33,886 bases of DNA from Pseudomonadota bacterium (GCA_043821645.1 JBDRCO010000060.1:1-33886), one strand, 5' to 3'. Positions 1 through 9,606 are shown, counted from the first letter of the stretch. Program-made: numbers and translations. The notes: a model not told the origin generated them from the sequence alone.

Positions 1-805
1 GGGGAAGCTGAAGTCCACATCGTAGGTGCCGGGGTAGATCTTCATGCTGTAGGTGGTGCTGCCCCCGTCAAACTCGCGCGTGTAGGTGTAGCCGCTGTCC
101 ACCTCGACGAAACTCAGGCGCCACTCGGCGTAGGACGGACCATGCACGTCCTCGATGCTGCTGCCGTCCCAGTGCACCTGTCCGCTCAACGTGACCAGGG
201 TCGGGTTCACATCCAGGGTCGTTGGCGTATTCACGGCCTCGTGGCTCGCCACCCGCACCGCGCCGCTGACCTGGTCCTCGAACACGCCGCTGTAGGGGAA
301 GCTGAAGTCCACATCGTAGGTGCCGGGGTAGATCTTCATGCTGTAGGTGGTGCTGCCCCCGTCAAACTCGCGCGTGTAGGTAGAGCCGCTGTTCACCTCG
401 ACGAAACTCAGGCGCCACTCGGCGTAGGACGGACCGTGCACGTCCTCGATGCTGCGGCCGTCCCAGTGCACGCTGCCGACAACCTGGACCAGGCTGGGGT
501 TGACGTCGAGCGTGGTCGCGCTGCTGATCGTCTTGCGGCTGGCCACCCGTACCGCGCCGCTCACCTGGTCTTCGAACACGCCGCTGTAGGGGAAGCTGAA
601 GTCCACATCGTAGGTGCCGGGGTAGACCTTCATGCTGTAGGTCGTGCTACCGCCATCGAATTCCCGGGTGTAGGAGGCCCCTGTGTTCACATCGACGAAA
701 CTCAGGCGCCACTCGGCGTAGGACGGACCGTGCACGTCCTCGATGGTGCGGCCATCCCAGTGCACGCTGCCGTTCAGGGTCACCAGCATCGGGTTGATGT
801 CGAGC
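1..805 (-). repeat. Tandem 294-bp (98-aa) coding repeat, at least 2.7 copies
   Basis: GGGGAAGCTGAAGTCCACATCGTAGGTGCCGGGGTAGA recurs at 1, 295 and 589 (period 294). The unit reads LDVNP.LV...G.VHWDG..IEDVHGPSYAEWRLSFV.V..G..YTREFDGGSTTYSMK.YPGTYDVDFSFPYSGVFEDQVSGAVRVAS. Confidence 0.95.
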
Positions 806-1539
806 GTACAGCCAGCCGCGCACAGATCCTGCGACGACAGACAGGCCGGCGCTGGATCGCACTGGCCGTCCTGCGAGCAGATCTCATCGTCACTGCAGGT
901 TCCGCAAGCGGCTCCACACACCGGGTCAGGCCCGCACTGGCGCGTGCCACACTGCGGAGCGCACGCTTGCTGGCAGCCCGTGCTGTCTATGCTCAGACAG
1001 TTATCCGCACACCGGAGCTCGCCTCCAATCCCATTGTAGTCAGCGCAGGTCAGACCCCCGAAGTCGCTCGTGTCGCAAACCTCGGCATTGCCGTTGACGA
1101 TGCGGTCGCCACAGCTGCTGGGAGCCGTGCAGGCCGAGCGGTCGAAGTCCGCACAGTTGAGCAGGCAGCGCAGGGTTCCTGGCCCCAGATCCAGGCTCTC
1201 ACAGGTCTGACCAGCGAGGTCCACCCCATCGCAGAGCTCGACGCCGTCACGCTGGCCGTCGCCACAGCCCGTCGGCGCATTGCAGTTCGATCGATCGAAG
1301 TCGCGGCAGTCGGGACGGCAGGCCAGCACACCGCCGCCAAAGCCCAGGCCCTCGCAGTTCTGGTTGTCCAGGTCAGAGCCATCGCATACCTCGTCGCGCT
1401 GCTGCCTGTCATTGCCGCACACCGCGCGAGAGGGCGTGGCCGTGCTGTCCGGGCCGGCAGGGGTGGTCGGGCAGGCCAGGGGCGCCCACAGGATGGTCAG
1501 CAGGGAACAGCGAGCGACCAGACGAGGGCGCAAGGACAT
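1..1539 (-). CDS. Cys-rich lipoprotein with tandem 98-aa beta-rich repeats (3' end outside the window)
   Basis: Translated by hand and absent from the ORF track. ATG at 1539 follows AGGAG (1546-1550). It begins MSLRPRLVARCSLLTILWAPLA-CPTTP (lipobox-like, Cys23), then three CG(N/D)...E.CD..D....C....G.L.C...C...D.S.C repeats, a CAPQCGTRQCGPDPVCG module and 98-aa repeats containing YPGTYDVDF. The frame is open to base 1. Confidence 0.9.
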   Translation of the reverse strand, partial: MSLRPRLVARCSLLTILWAPLACPTTPAGPDSTATPSRAVCGNDRQQRDEVCDGSDLDNQNCEGLGFGGGVLACRPDCRDFDRSNCNAPTGCGDGQRDGVELCDGVDLAGQTCESLDLGPGTLRCLLNCADFDRSACTAPSSCGDRIVNGNAEVCDTSDFGGLTCADYNGIGGELRCADNCLSIDSTGCQQACAPQCGTRQCGPDPVCGAACGTCSDDEICSQDGQCDPAPACLSSQDLCAAGCTLDINPMLVTLNGSVHWDGRTIEDVHGPSYAEWRLSFVDVNTGASYTREFDGGSTTYSMKVYPGTYDVDFSFPYSGVFEDQVSGAVRVASRKTISSATTLDVNPSLVQVVGSVHWDGRSIEDVHGPSYAEWRLSFVEVNSGSTYTREFDGGSTTYSMKIYPGTYDVDFSFPYSGVFEDQVSGAVRVASHEAVNTPTTLDVNPTLVTLSGQVHWDGSSIEDVHGPSYAEWRLSFVEVDSGYTYTREFDGGSTTYSMKIYPGTYDVDFSFP

Positions 1540-1817
1540 GGCGGGCTCCTGGACATCTGCATGTGGGTCCTGCCCTCAAGATGCCGGAATCCTGGAGCGG
1601 TCGCAGCTGTGGTCGGGGTCGGGGGAAAGTCTGTCCCGCTGGGCTCCGCTGAACCCCGGGTGCTCCCTCGACCTTCTCGGCCCGGGAGGTCCCTCGACGG
1701 ATGCCGCGGCAAGCCTGGATACAGGTCCAGCCGCCCGTCACGACCGCTTGGGCAGAGGTTGTGCAGATGCGAAGCGAGGTGTCGCTGGGCGAGGAGGTCT
1801 GTTGTCCGTGCCCGCGC

Positions 1818-3377
1818 CTACTGTTCCACGCACAGCAACCGGGAACTCTGGTCGCACGACACGGATCCGCCACCGATGGCGTCGGCGGTGGTGAGGTCGC
1901 TGGAGCCGAAGTCGCCTGTGACACTGTTGCTGTTGGAGGCCCAGGTGCCGCCGCACATCTGGCTCGGCACAGAAGTCCAGTTCCAGTCCAGTCCTGTCCA
2001 GTAACGCTCCTGGTTGAAGTGGGTCGAGTTGTCAAAGGTGTTGGTGTTGCCCGAGGCTCCGAAGTCGAACACACCGGCAGCGTCCGAGGTGAAGATGGGG
2101 GTGACACCATCGGCGCGCAGGTACTGGGTGTTGGGCTTGAAAACCCAGTCCACATGCTCGGCCGTGCCACTGGTGGTGCAATTGGCACTGGTGCAGGCCA
2201 CACGGTTCACACCGTCGACGATCAGGGCCTTGTAGGTGCCGGCATTGGGATTGGCCGCGCTGGTGTTGCACAGGTGGTCAGCCGACGCGATGGCGTTGCC
2301 CTGGCCGCCCGCTGCGACCAAGTCACCGTCATGGTTCGAGACCGTGACGAAGATCAGGTATCCAGGAGGCGTGGCTGCGTCCTCGACGGCAGCATCCGCG
2401 ACCGCAGCGTCCTCGACGACACCGGCATCCGTCGACACCGCACCATCCTCGGCCGCAGCATCCACCGACGTCGAGGCATCGCTTGTCGTCGCGGCGTCAC
2501 CGGCTCCGCCGTCCACCGTCGAGTGCGACCCCAGATCCGCGGCGTCGCGCGGGATCAGCTTGAAGGCGCTGAAGGCGTAGTGCCAGAGACCGTCGATGTG
2601 CGTGTAGACCTCGCCGACCAGCATCGGAGGTGTGAACAGCTCGTCGTCCACCATGCCGCAAGAGGTCTGGACTTCACCGTGTGAATCCGGCGCCGCCTCC
2701 ACCTCGCAATCCGCAGCCAGGCGCACCAGCACGCCCTCCCAGCCCTCGGCATCGGTCGCGATGTCGGTCGCCGCGGAGGGCGTCAGCGGCGTGGCGGTTC
2801 CGGTCTTGGTGATGGTGCCCGCCGACCCCAGGTTGATCTCGGACAGCTCGAAGTACTCGACATAGGTGCCGCTCACCGTGACCACGTCGCCCACCGCGAA
2901 GGTGCCCAGGTCCACCGAACTGCTCGCCGGCTTGAACACATAGATGCCGCTGTACTTGCCACCATTCGGCTCCTGCACCCAGATACCGCGCGTGCCGCCC
3001 CGGTTGTCGACGGCCGTCACCACGCCGCCGAAGGTGACCTCGGTGTCCGCAGCCGGATGATTGGCATGGGTGGTGTCCTGGATGGCATAGATGCTGAGTC
3101 CGCCGCTACCGCCGTCGCCCGTCGCCGCGTCATGGGTCGAGGCGAGGTCCTGCCCGACGGTGTCCGTGGCGGCCAGGTCCCGGCTTGCGGTGTCCAGGCC
3201 GGTGCTGCTGTCCAGCCCGGTGGCTCCGTCTTGCCCGCGGGTGTCGGTGTTGCCGCTGTCGACCCGACTCGCGTCGACCGGACCCGCATCGTCCGTGGAT
3301 CCGCCGCAGTCACCGCAACCCCACAGGAGGGTGGAGAAGGCAAGCAAAGACCAGCGCAGCCATCGCATCGATTTCAT
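1818..3377 (-). CDS. Lipoprotein with OB-fold domain and C-terminal DUF1554 (endostatin-like) domain
   Basis: Lipobox LLWG-C and Asp/Ala-rich linkers. OB-fold pattern SIYAIQ..GVVTAVD..IWVQEP..SGIYVF..GDVVTVSGTYVEYF. C-terminal IFVT..HDGDL..ADHLC..YKALIVDG..DWVFKPNT.Y..YWTGL..LLCVEQ. GAGG RBS upstream. Confidence 0.85.
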   Translation of the reverse strand: MKSMRWLRWSLLAFSTLLWGCGDCGGSTDDAGPVDASRVDSGNTDTRGQDGATGLDSSTGLDTASRDLAATDTVGQDLASTHDAATGDGGSGGLSIYAIQDTTHANHPAADTEVTFGGVVTAVDNRGGTRGIWVQEPNGGKYSGIYVFKPASSSVDLGTFAVGDVVTVSGTYVEYFELSEINLGSAGTITKTGTATPLTPSAATDIATDAEGWEGVLVRLAADCEVEAAPDSHGEVQTSCGMVDDELFTPPMLVGEVYTHIDGLWHYAFSAFKLIPRDAADLGSHSTVDGGAGDAATTSDASTSVDAAAEDGAVSTDAGVVEDAAVADAAVEDAATPPGYLIFVTVSNHDGDLVAAGGQGNAIASADHLCNTSAANPNAGTYKALIVDGVNRVACTSANCTTSGTAEHVDWVFKPNTQYLRADGVTPIFTSDAAGVFDFGASGNTNTFDNSTHFNQERYWTGLDWNWTSVPSQMCGGTWASNSNSVTGDFGSSDLTTADAIGGGSVSCDQSSRLLCVEQ

Positions 3378-3633
3378 GGGAACACCTCATATCCGGTATG
3401 GGTCACCGGACCTGTCATGATGGGGCACGTTACGTCACAGGATCCCCTTGGTCAATCGGCCCCCGTGGAGGCCAGGCCCTGGCCCATCTGTCCATCGAGT
3501 TCCCAGGCCCTGGTCTCCCGGCACACCCGAGCGCCAGGATAGGGCTCGCTCTCCCGGTTGCGCGAAGCACGGCCGATGCAAATAATGACCGCTCGATCTG
3601 GACAGCGCCGTCCGGGGCGCAGAGGAGTTCAAG

Positions 3634-6600
3634 ATGTGCTCGGCCTTGCCGAGGATCGCGCTCGTCGCCGCACTGGCAGCAACGGCCTGTGCACCCCCCT
3701 CGCCCGCCATCCTCCGCTTCGTCGCTGAACCAGCCTTTCTCGTCGGGCACGGCCAGGTGACCCTGACCTGGCTGACCCAGGAAGCGTCGTCGCTGACCCT
3801 CGCCGATGCCGAGGGCCTGGAGATTCCGCTCGCCTCCCAGGCCGTCGGAGAGGGCGCCATCGAGCTGTCGCTCGGGGCTCCCGGCCACTACACCTACGTT
3901 CTCACCGCCCACGGAGAGGCAGGAAGCAGGCCTGCCAAGGCCTCGGTCCACGTCGAGGTCGCGCCGGATCCGCTGCCTGTCATCGATGACTTCTTTGCCA
4001 CCCCTGGTACGGAGGTCGCCTCCGGCACGCAGGTCCTGCTGCAGTGGCGCACGACCCACGCAACTCGTATCCAGATCGGAGCGGCCCAGGGGCAGCCGGT
4101 GCTGGACAGCAGCAGCGACTTCGACGGTCTGCTGGTGGTGACCCCCACCACGAGCACCACCTACGAGTTGATCGCTCGAAGCAGCGGCGGTGAGGTCAAG
4201 GCCTTCCTTCGGATCGCGGTGGTCCCGGCTCCGCTCATCGCCAGCTTCCGTGCAGAGCCCCGCGGACCGGTGACCGCAAGTGCCCCGGTGGTCCTGAGCT
4301 GGAGCACCGAATACAGCAACCGCGTGACCATTGCCGACGGCACCAGCACCCTTCTCGACAGCACCACGGACCTCACAGGGACTCTGCTGGTCCACCCCGA
4401 CCAGAGCTCGACCTACACGCTGCGTGCCTGGCACGGACAGCTCTCCACCCAGGCCGAGGTCGAGATCGAGGTGTTGCCCGAGCCGCGCATCCTCTCGTTT
4501 GAATCGGAGCCCGAAGGCCCGGTGGCACAGGGCCAGGCTGCGCAACTGCGCTGGCTCGTACTGGACGCCCATCGCGTGCGGATCACCGACGACACCGGCG
4601 CCCAGCTCCTCGACAGCGAAGAGCGCAGTGGCCGGGTCAGCGTGACGCCGGCGCGCAGTCAGCGCTACACCTTGACCGCAGAGGGTCCTGGCGGCAGCAG
4701 CCAGGCGGAACTCGCCCTCGAGGTCCTGCCCGGACCGGCCATCCTCGCTTTCTCGGCGAGCCCCGGCCTGGACCTGGCGGCAGGGACAGAACTGACCCTG
4801 AGCTGGCAGTGCGAACACAGCTCTCGCGTTCGTCTGATCGACGACGGGGGGCTCGTGCTCGTCGATCGCGCGGATCTTCCTGCGGGGAGCCATGGCCTGG
4901 TCCCGACGCGAAGCACCCGCTACACGCTGCTGGTCGATGGAGCGGGCGGGCAAGCCAGTGCCGAACTGGCCATCACGGTGTGGCCCTCCCCGATCATCGA
5001 TCTGTTTGCCGCTGAGCCCGGGCTCACCGTCTCTGCAGGCACGGAGGTCACCCTGACCTGGCGGGCTCGAGGAGCGGTGCGGCTGGTGATACAGGCTGCC
5101 CCCGGCGGCGTGCTCCTCGACACGACGACGGAGTTCTCGGGGAGCCTGGTCCTGGTTCCCGCGACGGACACGGTCTTGACGCTGCTTGCCAACAATCCCT
5201 TCGAGGTGGTGTCCGCGCACCTCGACCTCCAGGTCGGCCCGTCACCGGCCATCGTGGCATTCACCTCGGACGCACCTTCTACCGTCGATGCCGGTGCCGC
5301 CGTGACCCTGAGCTGGGTCACCCAGGACGCCACTCGCATCCTGATCCTCGACGATACCCAGGCTGTGCTGCTGGACAGCACCGACGAACTCGACGGTCAG
5401 CTGATGCTCCACCCCGACGAGACCACGACCTTGACCTTGCTGGCCGAGAACCAGCGTGGCAGCGCCGCCCAGGACCTGGTCGTCTCCGTCCACATCGCGG
5501 TGGAAACCTTTGCTCTCGAGCCTCTGCAGGCTCACCCGGGCACCAGCGTGCACGCACGCTGGGTCACCACCGGAGCCAGTTCCCTGGAGCTTTTCGACGA
5601 AAGGGGAACGGTTTTGTGTGGTGCCTTTGAGCTGGCCGAGACCCGAAGCGGTTCCTGCGACATCGTGGCCCCGCTCGCCCTCGGCCCGCAGAACCTGACC
5701 CTGGTTGCCCGCAACCGGGCCGGTGGGAGCGAGGACAGTAGCCTGCAGCTCCAGGTGACGGACGGACCGCGCATTATGAGCTTCGCACCCTCGGCGTCAG
5801 CGATCACGGTGGGGCAGAGCACGACGCTCACCTGGTCCGTCAGCAACGACGCCGCGGGCCGCAGCCCAGCCCTGATCCTGACCGATGATCACGGCGGCAG
5901 CTACGACCTCACCACGGCAGGACAGGATCCCGGTTCTCTCGTCGTCACGCCGGCTGTTGCCGGACGCCACCTGTTCACCTTGTCCGCGAGCGCAGGCCAG
6001 AGCACGCCGTCCAGTGCCGAGCTCGCGCTCGAGGTCGTGGCTCCCGTGCAGCTGCTGAGCTTTACCGCAAGCCCCGATGTCCTCGACAGCGTCAGCGGTC
6101 CCACGTCGTCGGTCCTGTCCTGGCAGGCTCGCGGTGGGGCCCGGATCGAGCTGTGGGCCCTGACCGAGGGCAACCTGCCCGTCGAACCCGCCCTGCTCGA
6201 CGACGCCAGCGGGACCGGACTGGACGGCGGCAGCATCGATGTCGATCCCGTCGCGAGCACCCGATACCGCCTGCGTGTGAGCAACCTGGCCGGGCAGATG
6301 GAACAAGGTGAACTGCGCATTGTCGTCGACGAGCCGGCCATCACCTCGTTCATCGCTGCTCCGCCGCAGATTGCTGTCGGCGCCAGCAGTACCCTCACCT
6401 ACATCGCCAATGCCCGGACCACGGCCGTGACCATCGATCCTCCCAGGCCGCCCAGGGTGACCTGGCAGAGCGGAGCCTTCGTGGACATCAGCGGCACAGG
6501 CACCAGCCTGACGCTCACCGAGGGTGGCCTGTTCGGTGCTGCCGACGAGGGCGTGGCGCTGGTGGACCTGCCCTCGGGCTTCCAGTTCCCCTTTGATGGA

Positions 6601-7686
6601 GGCCGCGCAACGCAGATCCTGGTCACCGCCAACGGCTATGTCTCGCTCGACGCTGCGATCTCCCGCGCCGGTGGCAATCAACCACTCCCCACCCCCGGTG
6701 GCTGGGCAGACGGCGTCATCGCGCCCTTCTGGGATGACCTGTACCAGGCTGCCAGTAGCACCCTCCACCATGCGCTCCTCGACGACCAGAACGGCCAGCG
6801 CTGGGTGGTGCAGTGGTCGCACTGGACCTTTTGCCACGGCTTCGTCGGCTGCGTGGGGGACGGCGATCTCACCTTCCAGGTGACGCTGTGGGCCGACGGC
6901 AGCATCGGGTTCGCCTATGGCCAGATGGTCGCCCCGACCCAGGTCGACGCCGACGGAGCCAGTGCCAGCCTCGGCTTCGAGAACCGGTCTGGCAGCGACG
7001 GCCTGAGCCTCAGCTACGACACGCCGTGGCCGGGCGGGCTCGGCGGTGGCGGCTGGATCATCGAGACCCCGGATCCGAGCGACAGCTTCGAGGTCACTCC
7101 GTCGAGCACCACCACCTACCAGGTCTGTGCCACCGACGGCACCATCCGCAACTGCCGGGCACTGAACCTGGCGGTGGTCCAGCCCGGCGCCGTGATGTTC
7201 AGCGAAATGCTGGTCGACCCGGCGGCCGTGCCAGACGACCAGGGCGAGTGGCTTGAACTCACCAACGCCAGTGCCGACGACCTCACCCTCGATGGCTGGA
7301 CCCTCTCCACGGGCAGCGGCGGCAGTCACATCCTCGCCCCGTCCACCTCTCTCCGCATCCCTGCAGGTGGAGTCCTGGTACTTGGCCGGTCCACCGAGCG
7401 CCCGGTCAACGGTGGTGCGGCGGTCGACTATGCCTATGGCACAGATCTTCTGCTCGACGACACCGAGGACACCGTCTGGCTGCACACCGGGAGCCTGCTG
7501 GTGGATCAGGTGCACTACGACGCGAGCTGGCCCCTGGCCGCGGGCGCGGCCCTGTCCCTGGACCCTGGTGCTCTCGGTGCGGACCCGCTGGCCAACGACC
7601 TCGCCACAGCCTGGTGTGTCGCCGTGCCCGTGTTTGGTGACGGGGACCTGGGAACCCCGGGTGTCCTCAACCCGAGCTGCCCCTGA
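3634..7686 (+). CDS. Large lipoprotein with about 11 Ig-like repeats, a nidogen-like domain and a lamin-tail domain
   Basis: AGGAG RBS and signal ending ATA-C. Repeated P.I..F.A.P....V.L.W....TTYTL.A units. F.FPF.G...NGYVS..IAPFWDDL..FQVTL..G.I.F.Y (nidogen-like). SEMLVDP..DDQGEWLELTN..LDGWTL..GTPG..N (lamin-tail). Confidence 0.85.
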   Translation: MCSALPRIALVAALAATACAPPSPAILRFVAEPAFLVGHGQVTLTWLTQEASSLTLADAEGLEIPLASQAVGEGAIELSLGAPGHYTYVLTAHGEAGSRPAKASVHVEVAPDPLPVIDDFFATPGTEVASGTQVLLQWRTTHATRIQIGAAQGQPVLDSSSDFDGLLVVTPTTSTTYELIARSSGGEVKAFLRIAVVPAPLIASFRAEPRGPVTASAPVVLSWSTEYSNRVTIADGTSTLLDSTTDLTGTLLVHPDQSSTYTLRAWHGQLSTQAEVEIEVLPEPRILSFESEPEGPVAQGQAAQLRWLVLDAHRVRITDDTGAQLLDSEERSGRVSVTPARSQRYTLTAEGPGGSSQAELALEVLPGPAILAFSASPGLDLAAGTELTLSWQCEHSSRVRLIDDGGLVLVDRADLPAGSHGLVPTRSTRYTLLVDGAGGQASAELAITVWPSPIIDLFAAEPGLTVSAGTEVTLTWRARGAVRLVIQAAPGGVLLDTTTEFSGSLVLVPATDTVLTLLANNPFEVVSAHLDLQVGPSPAIVAFTSDAPSTVDAGAAVTLSWVTQDATRILILDDTQAVLLDSTDELDGQLMLHPDETTTLTLLAENQRGSAAQDLVVSVHIAVETFALEPLQAHPGTSVHARWVTTGASSLELFDERGTVLCGAFELAETRSGSCDIVAPLALGPQNLTLVARNRAGGSEDSSLQLQVTDGPRIMSFAPSASAITVGQSTTLTWSVSNDAAGRSPALILTDDHGGSYDLTTAGQDPGSLVVTPAVAGRHLFTLSASAGQSTPSSAELALEVVAPVQLLSFTASPDVLDSVSGPTSSVLSWQARGGARIELWALTEGNLPVEPALLDDASGTGLDGGSIDVDPVASTRYRLRVSNLAGQMEQGELRIVVDEPAITSFIAAPPQIAVGASSTLTYIANARTTAVTIDPPRPPRVTWQSGAFVDISGTGTSLTLTEGGLFGAADEGVALVDLPSGFQFPFDGGRATQILVTANGYVSLDAAISRAGGNQPLPTPGGWADGVIAPFWDDLYQAASSTLHHALLDDQNGQRWVVQWSHWTFCHGFVGCVGDGDLTFQVTLWADGSIGFAYGQMVAPTQVDADGASASLGFENRSGSDGLSLSYDTPWPGGLGGGGWIIETPDPSDSFEVTPSSTTTYQVCATDGTIRNCRALNLAVVQPGAVMFSEMLVDPAAVPDDQGEWLELTNASADDLTLDGWTLSTGSGGSHILAPSTSLRIPAGGVLVLGRSTERPVNGGAAVDYAYGTDLLLDDTEDTVWLHTGSLLVDQVHYDASWPLAAGAALSLDPGALGADPLANDLATAWCVAVPVFGDGDLGTPGVLNPSCP

Positions 7687-7720
7687 GCCCGGGTGCACTC
7701 CCGGACCGACGGCAGCCGGG

Positions 7721-8392
7721 TCAGCGCACGCTGTTTGCGGTCAACACCGGAGCACAGGTACAGGGCATGGGCAGCATCGGCGCGGGCGGCGCAGCGAAGC
7801 CGTAGACCAGCTGGCCGGCCAGGCGGCGCCCCTCTCGCGGGCCATAGCCCGGAGCACGCACGAAGTCGTTGAGAACGCGCTCGCCCTGGCGATGGGTCTC
7901 GGGCTGACGCAAGTTGAGCTGCAACGTGCGAATCCCGCCGCGCGGTCTATGGACCACCTGCACTGTGCCTTCGTCGTCGACGGCAGTGACGATGCCGACG
8001 TGGGTCAGGATATCGTCCGCCACCCCGTTGTGGTTGGCATCGTAGGTGTAGTCGAAGAAGGCGAGGTGGCCTGGCTGCGGTGCCGCTCCCCGATAGGCGC
8101 GGTGTTCCGCCACGGCCTGAGCCCAGAAGCTGCGTACGCTGCCCTGCTGCAAGACCCCGCTCTGGGCCAGCACGGCCTCGACCAGGCCACTGCAGTCCTC
8201 GCGGTGCAGAGGCGGGCGCAGCCTCACAAACTCGCGGGCCGTCCACCCCACGCGGTCCGCGAGGGACATGGCCTCGGAACCCCGGCCACTGGCCTCGTCG
8301 TAACAGCGGGCAGCCACCTGGGCCCCCGTCAGCGTGAGCGTGATCGCGATCAACAGGTTCATGGACCAGTGCCGTGTGTTCCTCATCTTCAT
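7721..8392 (-). CDS. NlpC/P60 (CHAP-like) cell-wall peptidase, probably secreted
   Basis: DCSGLV (catalytic Cys), PGHLAFFD and THVGIV (catalytic His), with an N-terminal hydrophobic signal. Start moved to ATG 8392, which follows GGAGG. Confidence 0.85.
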   Translation of the reverse strand: MKMRNTRHWSMNLLIAITLTLTGAQVAARCYDEASGRGSEAMSLADRVGWTAREFVRLRPPLHREDCSGLVEAVLAQSGVLQQGSVRSFWAQAVAEHRAYRGAAPQPGHLAFFDYTYDANHNGVADDILTHVGIVTAVDDEGTVQVVHRPRGGIRTLQLNLRQPETHRQGERVLNDFVRAPGYGPREGRRLAGQLVYGFAAPPAPMLPMPCTCAPVLTANSVR

Positions 8393-8579
8393 CTTCGCGC
8401 CCTCCGGGCCCACGCGTCACAGGGAGCCGCGCCGCGATCATGGCGCGCGGGCTCGCCATGGTTTCCTGATCGCGCTGCCCTGGTGACGACGGAGCCGGGT
8501 TACCTCAGTGGCACAACACACGAAGGGGATGTCTGTATTCTCGGCTCGGTGCGATCTGCCGAAATACCGAGGTCATCGC

Positions 8580-9530
8580 TCACACGTGGTTACGCAACAT
8601 CAGCTCGGCCGGGTGGGGGTCGAGATAGACCTGCTGGCTCAGATAGGCCTCGCCGTGCACGCGCACGTGGTGCTTGAGCAGGGTGAGCGGCACCACCAGG
8701 GGCACCTGCTCGCGCTGGTAGGCCGCGATGACCTCGAGCAGCTCCTGTTTCTCGTCGGCGGACAGCTGCTTCTTGAAGTACCCCATCATGTGCTGCAACA
8801 CATTGACGTGCTTCTTGATGGTGCTCTTGCAGCGCAGGGCCTGCAGGAACCCCTCCTGGTAGCGCCGCGCCAGCTCGGTCGGCGCCAGGCTCTTGGCCCC
8901 CGCCACCAGGCGACCGAGCTCGCGGTAGTGGGTGGGGCTGTGCGCCATCAGCAACAGCTTGTGCACGCTGTGAAAGGCGACCAGGCGACCGCGCGTCAGG
9001 CCCTGGGCCTGCAGATCGCGCCAGCGCTGAAAGGCGAAGATCTGCTCGATGAAGTTCTCGCGCAGCTTGTGGTCGTGCAGGCGCCCCTCCTCCTCGACGG
9101 GAATCCAGGGGAAGTGCTCCATGAAGCTCCTAGCGAAGAGACCGGACCCCACCTTGCGCGCGATGCCCTTGTCGTTGAAGACCTTGACCCGTTCCATGCC
9201 CGAGCTCGGCGAATTGGCCTTGAAGATGAAGCCACACAGCGCCTCGACCTCGAGGGCGCGTACCCGGGCATCGCACCAGGCCTGCATGCGCTCGGTCAGG
9301 TCCTGGCGCGTGCGGGTCGTCAGCAAACGAGGCCTCGCGGGGTCGCCCTCCAGGTGCATGGACTCCCGGGGCACACCGAGGCCGCACTCCTGCTCGGGGC
9401 ACACCGACACGAACTGCACCCAGCCGGCCAGCACGTCGGTGATGAAGCGGTCTTGCTTGTGTCCGCCATCGTAGCGGACGGCTTCACCGAGCAGGCAGCT
9501 GCTGACGCCGATCTTGATCTTGTCGTTCAT
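8580..9530 (-). CDS. ybgA: YbgA-family protein (DUF523 2-thiouracil desulfurase-like + DUF1722)
   Basis: IGVSSCLLGEAVRYDGGHK, VCPEQECGLGVPRE, KANSPSSGMERVKV, EEEGRL..LRENFIE, NVLQHMMGYFKK, YL..Q.YL.PHP.EL.LRNHV. Start at ATG 9530 (MNDKIKIG). Confidence 0.92.
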   Translation of the reverse strand: MNDKIKIGVSSCLLGEAVRYDGGHKQDRFITDVLAGWVQFVSVCPEQECGLGVPRESMHLEGDPARPRLLTTRTRQDLTERMQAWCDARVRALEVEALCGFIFKANSPSSGMERVKVFNDKGIARKVGSGLFARSFMEHFPWIPVEEEGRLHDHKLRENFIEQIFAFQRWRDLQAQGLTRGRLVAFHSVHKLLLMAHSPTHYRELGRLVAGAKSLAPTELARRYQEGFLQALRCKSTIKKHVNVLQHMMGYFKKQLSADEKQELLEVIAAYQREQVPLVVPLTLLKHHVRVHGEAYLSQQVYLDPHPAELMLRNHV

Positions 9531-9606
9531 GAGCGGCCCTCGTTGAGACCTGCGAGAGTATGTGCGTCCCGGCCCCGGGCGGCAAACCTGGCGGCGGGAA
9601 ACGCAG

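Noticed and set aside
142-2004. 620-aa plus-strand ORF with repeats
   Set aside because: It is the antisense shadow of the minus-strand gene <1..1539, which has an RBS, lipobox and coherent domains.
1818-2360. Possible diversity-generating retroelement target (lectin-like C-terminal domain)
   Set aside because: No reverse transcriptase and no adenine-variant template repeat were seen in the window.
3430-7698. Long minus-strand ORFs 3430-5220 and 5797-7698
   Set aside because: They are antisense to the 1350-aa lipoprotein, have no motifs, and are expected in GC-rich DNA.
8488-8575. Fragments resembling c-di-GMP (GEMM) or c-di-AMP riboswitch ends (AGCCGGGTTACC, GCCGAAATA)
   Set aside because: The core aptamer elements are missing, and the plus-strand orientation is not upstream of any gene.
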